From assembly GCF_051842975.1 (NCBI RefSeq), contig NZ_JBPXRT010000005.1: a DNA stretch of 24,000 nucleotides; one strand, given 5' to 3'. Under the pieces are notes generated by a model. It ran no database searches and was not told where the DNA came from. It worked only from the letters and a program-made list of their open reading frames with translations. Shown here one piece after another: positions 8,464-17,351 of the stretch; the stretch's first letter is position 1; each line of letters opens with the position of its first letter. This DNA is from Bacillus sp. Hm123. GTDB lineage: Bacteria; Bacillota; Bacilli; Bacillales; Domibacillaceae. The position numbers were made by a program, and so were the translations under genes.

Positions 8464-8492
8464 AATATACCACATCCATCGCATATATGCAA
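8464..8492 (-). promoter_or_regulatory. Candidate sigma-A promoter of the rimP-nusA-infB operon (-35 TTGCAT, 17-nt spacer, extended -10 TGgTATATT)
   Basis: Minus strand: TTGCAT (8492-8487), 17 nt, then TATATT (8469-8464), with TG at 8472-8471. A second TTGACA (8506-8501) has no good -10 partner. Confidence 0.5.
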
Positions 8493-8508
8493 CTAAGGTA
8501 TGTCAAGG

Positions 8509-9914
8509 CTAAAATAATGACAATTGATTTTGATCAGGTAGTGAAGCGAGACAGCCGTGATTATCTAAATACTCAATAATGGTTTTCGATACCTTGCCTC
8601 GTTGCTGTAAATCTTCCTTCGAGAGAAATTCTCCTTCTTCACGCGCTTTAACAATATTATAAGCAGCGTTCGTTCCTAAACCTGGAATCGAATTAAACGG
8701 CGGGATAAGAGATTGGCCATCTATCACGAATTGATCGGCACTTGAGCGGTATAAATCCACTTTTTGAAAAGAAAATCCGCGCTCACTCATTTCAAGAGAT
8801 AACTCTAAAACGGTCAGTAAGTTCTTTTCTTTCGGTGAAGCATCGAGTCCTTTCGCATTGATCTCCTCTAGCTTCGATTTAATCGCCGCCGAGCCTCTTA
8901 CCATCGCTTCAATATCAAAATCCTCTGCACGCACAGTAAAATAGGCAGCATAATAAAGTAGCGGTAAATGTACTTTAAAATAAGCAATCCGCACCGCCAT
9001 TAGTACATATGCAGCAGCGTGAGCCTTTGGAAACATGTATTTGATCTTTTTACACGAATCAATGTACCACTCTGGAACTTTTTTATTGCGCATTTCCTCT
9101 TCCATTTCCTCCGTTAGTCCTTTTCCTTTACGAACGGACTCCATAATTTTAAAGGCGAAGGCTGGATCGAGATCCTGGTAAATTAAATACACCATAATAT
9201 CATCACGACAGCCGATTACATCGCTCAATTCACAAATGCCGTTGTGAACCAACTCTTGCGCATTGCCAAGCCAAACGTCCGTCCCATGAGATAATCCAGA
9301 AATCTGTACAAGCTCTGAAAACGTCGTCGGTTTCGTATCTTCAAGCATTTGACGAACGAATCTTGTTCCGAATTCCGGAATGCCAAGCGTTCCCGTTTTA
9401 CACATAATTTGTTCTTCTGTCACACCGAGTGATTCCGTTCCGCTAAAAATTTTCATCACTTCTGGATCATCGGTAGGAATCGTTTTCGGATCAATTCCCG
9501 ATAAATCCTGAAGCATCCGGATCACAGTCGGATCATCGTGTCCAAGAATATCAAGCTTTAATAAGTTGTCATGGATAGAATGGAAGTCAAAGTGGGTCGT
9601 TTTCCATTCCGATTTATCACTATCAGCTGGGTATTGAATCGGTGAAAAATCATAAATATCCATGTAATCAGGAACAACGATAATTCCCCCAGGATGCTGG
9701 CCTGTCGTCCGCTTTACTCCTGTACAGCCTTTTGCTAAACGATCGACTTCCGCTCCACGAATTTGCAAATCATTATCCGCAGCGTAGCCCTTTACATATC
9801 CAAAGGCCGTTTTATCAGCGACGGTACCGATCGTTCCCGCACGATACACATTCTCTTCACCAAACAGTACTTTTGTATAGTTATGCGCTCTCGGTTGATA
9901 CTCACCAGAGAAGT
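8509..9914 (-). CDS. polC: DNA polymerase III PolC-type, exon 2 (C-terminal about 468 aa: rest of palm, fingers, thumb, beta-binding/HhH region)
   Basis: From 9914 the frame reads (N)[43 protein letters not shown]...[27 protein letters not shown]...[20 protein letters not shown]...NQLSLF, collinear with the B. subtilis PolC C-terminus. The first 15 codons of the ORF-track ORF (9915-9960, [15 protein letters not shown]) are intron domain VI sequence. Confidence 0.9.
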
Positions 9915-9917
9915 ATA

Positions 9918-9960
9918 GTGATAGGTAAACCTTTGATATTATCTCTAGCTTTTCCCCCAC
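9918..9960 (-). ncRNA. Group II intron domain VI with a candidate branch-point adenosine (position 9922)
   Basis: GUGGGGG (9960-9954) pairs with CCU(A)UCAC (9925-9918), leaving one bulged A 8 nt upstream of the 3' splice site. That is the canonical lariat branch geometry. Confidence 0.6.
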
Positions 9961-9963
9961 TCC

Positions 9964-9998
9964 ACACCGTGCATGAGGCTTTCACACTCACACGGCGT
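9964..9998 (-). ncRNA. Group II intron domain V (catalytic hairpin)
   Basis: ACGCCGUGU-GAG(U)GU-GAAA-GCCUC-AU-GCACGGUGU. This gives a 9-bp lower helix, a 2-nt AU bulge on the 3' strand, an upper helix and a GAAA tetraloop, matching the consensus GAGCCGUAUGCGAUGAAAGUCGCACGUACGGUUC. The triad position reads CGC, not AGC. Confidence 0.8.
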
Positions 9999-10021
9999 TC
10001 CATCGTTAATTTTGTTGAAGG

Positions 10022-11848
10022 TTATAGGCTAAGCTTTGGATTTCCTACTTCCGTTCTTAGCCTGTTTAGCTTTATTATTGCTTTCTTTTCGAACTTAGCT
10101 AACATTTTTTCGTAATCTTTATTCACAATCGGGTCTTTATTGTGAATAAGCATATGATATTTCTTATTAATAATAAGCAAATTGTCATACTCATCACTTC
10201 CAGCTTGTGCTGTTGGCTTAATATGGTGGCAGATTGCATTATGGGGCGTCAAACGTTCCCCTGTTATACCGCAACATCCTTTTTGAGCCACATATTTGCT
10301 TAAACGGTTGTTTTCATACAATATACTTTTCGCTTTATATATTCCCTTACGAAACATTTCAATTTCACGAACAGACACTTGTTTCAAATCTTTATGAATT
10401 GAGGACCTGTCATTCTCGTTGTAAATCGTAAATTCAGGTTTTCTCTGTCCTCGTATATCATGCCGAATCGCTTCAATAGGATATACCAGCAATCCATTGC
10501 TTTTAAATCTTGGACAACTATAGTCCCCATAAAATTTATCAATGACATTGTTTGTTTCTTTCGTTTTCACGAATATATTTCTAAATATCAATGATTTAAT
10601 ATTCGGATGAACTTGATGTCTTATCTCATTGAAGTCTTGAGATATCCTTGTCGCAATCTTGTAATAGTTATGCAACCCAAGAATATTCGCATTGAAATTC
10701 ATCACTTTTTCTGGGGTAGGACTTTTTCGAAGTTTTACTAACTGATGCCTTATGACCCCTTGCACCTTTTGTTTTGCTTTTGGGTCCATTTTTGAATTTA
10801 CAATATAACCTGTTTTAGCATCTCCCTTTTGAACTGCTCTAAATCGAATACCTAAAAAATCTGTACCGTTTTTACGCAAATTAGTGATTTTACTTTTTTC
10901 TTCACTTATCTCAAGCCCTAATCTTTCTTTGAGCCATTTTTCCACTGCTATTTTAATCTTCCTAGCATTTTCATAAGAGTTTGTGAATATTTTAAAATCA
11001 TCTGCGTATCTAACAAGATACATTGGCTTTAGCCTTGTCTTTTTCAGTGCATCCGTTTTATTTCGTTTCAGTTTATAGGGTACTCTAGTCGGCTTTGTTT
11101 CCCACTGATTAGAAACCCACCAATCTAATTCATTCAGCACTACATTGGTAAGTAGTGGCGATAAAATACCACCTTGTGGAGTCCCTTTTGTAGAAATGCC
11201 TTCACCTGTAATTTCAGCTTTAAGCATCTTTTTAACAATAGATAAAACTTTCTTGTCCCTTATTCCTATCGTCCATAGCTGCCTTATTAGTTTTTTATGA
11301 TTCACGTTATCGAAAAATCCTTTGATATCTACATCAACCACGAAGTGCTGATGACTATGATTGACCATGTGATAACATCTTGCTAGTGCATCATGTGTAC
11401 TTCTTTTTGGTCTAAATCCATAGCTCTGAGGATGAAACCTCGCTTCCACAATCGGTTCAAGCACTTGCAAGAACATTTGTTGTATTAATCTATCTTCAAT
11501 TGTTGGAATACCAAGTGGTCTCATCTTGCCATTTGGCTTCGGAATGAATAATCTCCTAACCGCATGTGGCGAGTAGTTCTCAAGTCTTTTCCTTGTTAGT
11601 CTAACTAATTCATCGGCATCCATTTTATTCAAATGCTTAATCGTATGTCCGTTTGTACCTTTCGTTTTACTGCCCGTATTGCTTTTCAAGTTTCGAAAGG
11701 CTAATAAAATGTTTTCTTCAGAAATAATCAGCTTATAAATGTCTGTAAAATAGCGATCACTTTTGCTCTGTTCATAAAGATTATCGAAAATTGGTTGTAA
11801 GCCAAAATATTCGTTATTTCTTAGCTTTTGAATCATTAAGTCAGCCAA
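10022..11848 (-). CDS. Group II intron-encoded protein: reverse transcriptase + maturase (X/thumb) + DNA-binding + HNH endonuclease domains
   Basis: 608 aa. RT motifs: RRLFIPKPNGKMRPLGIPTIEDRLIQQ, YGFRPKRSTHDAL, VDVDIKGFFDNVNH, TPQGGILSPLLTNVVLNELD, LVRYADDFKIF (YADD catalytic box). X-domain-like: ILGLHNYYKIA. C-terminal HNH: CCGITGERL...HHIKPTAQAGSDEYDNLLIINKKYHMLIH. TTG start preceded by AAAGGAGTG (7-nt spacing). Confidence 0.93.
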   Translation of the reverse strand: MADLMIQKLRNNEYFGLQPIFDNLYEQSKSDRYFTDIYKLIISEENILLAFRNLKSNTGSKTKGTNGHTIKHLNKMDADELVRLTRKRLENYSPHAVRRLFIPKPNGKMRPLGIPTIEDRLIQQMFLQVLEPIVEARFHPQSYGFRPKRSTHDALARCYHMVNHSHQHFVVDVDIKGFFDNVNHKKLIRQLWTIGIRDKKVLSIVKKMLKAEITGEGISTKGTPQGGILSPLLTNVVLNELDWWVSNQWETKPTRVPYKLKRNKTDALKKTRLKPMYLVRYADDFKIFTNSYENARKIKIAVEKWLKERLGLEISEEKSKITNLRKNGTDFLGIRFRAVQKGDAKTGYIVNSKMDPKAKQKVQGVIRHQLVKLRKSPTPEKVMNFNANILGLHNYYKIATRISQDFNEIRHQVHPNIKSLIFRNIFVKTKETNNVIDKFYGDYSCPRFKSNGLLVYPIEAIRHDIRGQRKPEFTIYNENDRSSIHKDLKQVSVREIEMFRKGIYKAKSILYENNRLSKYVAQKGCCGITGERLTPHNAICHHIKPTAQAGSDEYDNLLIINKKYHMLIHNKDPIVNKDYEKMLAKFEKKAIIKLNRLRTEVGNPKLSL

Positions 11849-12580
11849 CTAATCACTCCTTTGCGAAGTTTTCGTTCTCTTTAGTCATACACGAATCTGA
11901 CTTATTGTAGGTTTAGTTTCAACATTAACGACTTGTGCCCTTCCCTCTGAAATGTTTTATCCTCCGACCTATTGAGTATTCAGTCATCAGCGGCATTTCT
12001 TCATCGGTACTACAGCACTACTGCCACTCTCATAAAATGTGTTATAGCAATTTGCCTTTCCACATACCATCGTCATCGAAGTGCAACCTTCTCTATATGT
12101 CGAGAGCTTCACACGTTCCACTATTTCTATCTGTACATATTCCCTTAGGCTCCCCCTAAATTCCGCTGAGCTTGATTGTGCCTGTAACACAATATGGATT
12201 TTCATAACCAAACGCTTACTCATCCACACTCAGAAGTCCTAACATGGACTCCGTAACATTTCTACTACGTGACATTCACGAAAAGTCAGTCGAGGGTTCG
12301 TCCCAGTGATTCTACTGATTCTAACCATAGGAATTTTATAGACACCAGACCTATCATTCACAGAAAGTTAATACCTTCCTTTCCTCGTCTTAAACGTTAG
12401 GGTGAACTTCAGCCTGCTTTAACGGGCTTCAAACGATGTTGATGTTTGCAATATCTCCATCGCTTGCCGTAGCTTCAGTGAGTGCGTTTCAGGACGTTAC
12501 CCCATCATTCCACACTTCGAAATAGCAGTTCTCCTAGCAAATACTAGTGCTTAACCTTTTCAGTTAAGAACGTGTCACAC
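11849..12580 (-). ncRNA. Group II intron ribozyme domains I-III and the 5' part of IV
   Basis: 732 nt between the GUGUG 5' end and the IEP start. No credible coding potential. The 74-aa and 80-aa track ORFs here lack SDs and homology. I did not fold this segment. Confidence 0.7.
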
Positions 12581-15497
12581 TCAAATCAATATCCGGGACT
12601 TTATCCCCTTTAAACCCAAGAAACGTTTCAAATGGGATGTCATGGCCATCTTTTTTATATGGAATTCCGCAAGTTGGACACTCTTTATCAGGTAAGTCAA
12701 AACCAGAACCAACGGAACCATCATTAAAGAATTCCGACTGCTTACATTTCGAACAGACATAATGCGGTGGCAATGGATTGACTTCAGTAATTTCCATCAT
12801 CGTCGCAACGAAGGATGACCCTACCGAACCACGTGAACCAACAAGGTAGCCATCTATCAGTGATTTTTTTACAAGTTTATGTGAAATCAAATAAATAACG
12901 GCAAAACCGTGCCCGATAATACTTTTTAACTCTTTTTCTAAACGGGCCTCTACGATGTCTGGAAGTTCCTCTCCGTATATACTGCGCGCCATGTCATAAC
13001 TCATTTCACGCGTCTCATCATCTGCCCCTTCAATTTTAGGGGTATATAGATCATCCTTAATCGGCTTAATTTCATCTAAACGATCCGCAATTTTATTCGG
13101 GTTAACTACGACGACTTCTTTCGCTTTCTCCTTACCTAAAAAACCGAAAGCATCGAGCATTTCATTCGTTGTTCGAAAATGAACATCCGGCAATTGATGG
13201 CGGTTGAGCGGATTCGCTCCCCCTTGAGAATTGACTAAAATTTTGCGATGAATCTTATCTGTAGGATTTAAATAATGAACATTTCCTGTAGCACAAACAG
13301 GTAGATTCATCTTTTCACCGATCTCGACAATGTTAGAAAGAATGTCTTCAAGTGCATGATCATCACGAACAAGTTCAAGCTCTAGTAAATGCGCATACAC
13401 TTCTTTCGGATGAATTTCTAAGTAATCGTAAAAAGCCGCTTTTTTCTCCGCTTCTTCGCTTCCTTTTTGCATCATGCTCTCAAATACTTCGCCTTTATCG
13501 CAAGCTGAACCGATGATCAAGCCTTCGCGATATTTTTGTAACAACGAACGTGGAATTCGTGGCACACGATAAAAATAATTAATATGAGAAATCGATACTA
13601 ATTTAAACAAGTTTTTTAAGCCGACATCAGTTTGGGCAAGAATCGTACAATGATAAGGACGCGCTCGCTTGTAAGCATCTCCTTCACCCATATGATCGTT
13701 AAATTGATCATGATACGTAATCCCTTTTTCAGCGGCATCTTGAAGCATTTTCAACATTAAATAGCCTGTCGCTTCGGCATCATAAATCGCCCGGTGATGC
13801 TGAGTTAATTCGACATCGAATTTCTTAGCTAACGTATTTAAGCGATGGTTTTTCATACTAGGATATAAAAAACGCGCTAATTCTAACGTATCAATGACCG
13901 GATTTGTTGCCTTTTCAATGTTGTATCGTTCATAACCAGCTTGCAAGAAGCCCATATCAAAGGAAGCGTTATGAGCGACGAAAATCGCATCCGCTGTCCA
14001 TTCTTTAAACTTTTGTAATACCTCTTCCACTTCAGGCGCATTTTCCACTAAATCATCGGTAATTCCAGTTAGGTTAATTGTAGTCGCGGATAACGGATGG
14101 TGTGGATTGGCAAACGATTCAAAGCGATCAATAATCTCTCCATCCTTAATCTTGACACCCGCTAATTCGATAATCGTGTCATAAACAGCCGATAATCCTG
14201 TCGTCTCCACGTCAAAGACGACATACGTTTCATCTGGTAAAAACCGATGAGCGTCATGATAAGCAATCGGTACGCCATCATCAACTAAATTTGCCTCAAG
14301 ACCGTACAATATTTTAATCCCATTTTTCTTTCCGGCACTGTACGCTTCTGGAAAAGATTGAGCGACGGCATGATCGGTAATCGCGATCGCTTTATGGCCC
14401 CATTTACTTGCTTGGGCAACCAGTTCACTTACTGACGTCACGGCATCCATTTGGCTCATTGGTGTATGCAAATGCAGCTCGACTCGCTTTTCATCTTCTG
14501 GCGCTAGATCTTGACGAGTAACTGGAGGAATTTCATTAACGTCATTAGCAATCATCACGAGATCTCGAACAAATGTATCATTCTGAACCGTTCCTCGTGC
14601 TCTTACCCACATTCCTTTTTTCACTCTGTTGAAAAGAGCCGCATCTTCTTTATCCCGAGAAAACATTTTTACTAGCAAGGAATCGGTGTAATCGGTAATT
14701 TTAAAAGTAAGCAATGTTCGACCACTGCGAAGTTCTTTTGTTTCCGCATCAAATACATATCCTTCGATCGCAATCCGGCGCTCTTCATCTTGAATTTCTT
14801 CGAGCTTTTTAAATTCAGCATCGTCTTTGATTTTCAATCCAAGCATTAATGGGCCATCAAATTCCTGCCCTTCTTCTTTGGCACTTGCTTCTCGTTTTTG
14901 CATATCAACAACCGCTTGCATCGCTCGCTCAGCGTCTTCTTTTTGCTTCGCCTCTAAAAATTGTTGAAAAGCTTCATCTTTTTCTGCTTGACTTACTTCA
15001 ACATCAAAAGAAAAAGAAGGGAAGCCATAATTTTGATACACCTGGACGACCCAGTCTCCATACTTATTTTTTAATGCCATCCCTTCCGCTTCATTATTGA
15101 CTGCAACGACAAGCTTATTGCCTTTGATAGCAGGTAATTGCTTCGTTAGTAAAGCAAGCATCGGCGGTGAGATACCTTCTAATTGCTTAATGCATAAGTT
15201 CCAATATTGTCCGATCAACACATCGGACACTTCCGGATTTCTTGCTTTCATTGAAAATGTGACTGTCGCAATTTCTTTAAAAGTTTGCGCTAACTGGTTC
15301 GCAAACAGCTCTAACACTTGACTAGGAACTATTTGCTCCACTAAAAATGAAAAATGCCATCTTCTCTGTTGGCGCTCAACGGTCAGCTTAGCGATTTCTG
15401 CTCCTTCAAAGTGCTTGACGATGGCATCGTCTGTTAAATGTAACTGCTGTAATAGTAATTGAAACCTTTGTCGCTTCCCTTGGGATTCTTCACTCAT
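12581..15497 (-). CDS. polC: DNA polymerase III PolC-type, exon 1 (N-terminal 972 codons + 1 nt: N-domain, OB, PHP, inserted 3'-5' exonuclease, start of palm)
   Basis: [24 protein letters not shown]... is collinear with B. subtilis PolC. It includes [14 protein letters not shown] (PHP), the exonuclease motifs FDVETTGL / [11 protein letters not shown] / [10 protein letters not shown], the Zn-finger region HYVCSKC...CPTCG, and ends ...[14 protein letters not shown] 15497 is preceded by GGAGG at 8 nt. The track start at 15539 (GTG) is an over-extension overlapping the proS terminator. Confidence 0.9.
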
Positions 15498-15526
15498 TTT
15501 TACGCCTCCCAACTTTTTATAATCGG

Positions 15527-15560
15527 CAGAAAAAGGCACCTAAAGCAGGCACCTTTTTCT
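15527..15560 (-). terminator. Candidate Rho-independent terminator after proS, in the polC 5' UTR
   Basis: The minus-strand RNA reads AAAGGUGCC-UGCUUUA-GGUGCCUUU followed by UUCU. It forms 9 bp, including U-G and G-U wobbles that would be C-A mismatches in a plus-strand transcript, so the structure is strand-specific. Confidence 0.4.
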
Positions 15561-15621
15561 CTCTTTTACCAAAAACCTCTCGTTTATATCTAGAAGTTTG
15601 ATAGTAAATTTCATTTATCCA

Positions 15622-17346
<1,725 letters not shown>

Positions 17347-17351
17347 CTATA

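Larger units (their letters stand above)
9915..12580 (-). mobile_element. Group II intron, 2,666 nt, with an intron-encoded protein in domain IV, inserted in polC in the sense orientation
   Basis: The 5' end is GUGUGACACG (12580 downward; consensus GUGYG). There are 732 nt of structured RNA before the ORF, then a 608-aa RT/maturase/HNH ORF, then a 107-nt 3' tail carrying domain V, domain VI and a terminal ...CACUAU (consensus AY). Removing exactly this interval fuses the polC exons in frame. Confidence 0.9.

Noticed and set aside
10022-11848. The reverse transcriptase as a retron, DGR or Abi-type defence RT
   Set aside because: The ORF is flanked by group II ribozyme elements (GUGUG 5' end, domains V/VI) and has maturase and HNH domains. 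I saw no msr/msd-like inverted repeats, no template/variable repeat pair, and no accessory effector gene.
11935-12229. 74-aa (+) and 80-aa (-) ORFs inside the intron 5' region
   Set aside because: They lie in ribozyme domains I-III, have no SD and no recognisable motifs, and overlap each other on opposite strands. Chance ORFs in structured RNA.
9915-12580. An intein in polC (inteins are common in replicative polymerases)
   Set aside because: The exon 1 frame hits a stop five codons into the insert. The insert encodes an RT rather than Hint/LAGLIDADG blocks, and it carries ribozyme domains V and VI.
12595-12607. Small hairpin GGGA-UAAAG-UCCC 14 nt upstream of the insertion site, as a IIC-style stem-loop target
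   Set aside because: Only 4 bp, and it lies in codons for the conserved GDKVP. The intron size and En+ IEP argue against IIC-type targeting. Most likely coincidental.
8509-15539. polC as a disrupted pseudogene, or two separate polymerase-fragment genes
   Set aside because: The interruption has exact group II intron termini and catalytic domains, and its removal restores the conserved PDIDLNFSGEYQ sequence in frame. Neither exon contains frameshifts or internal stops.
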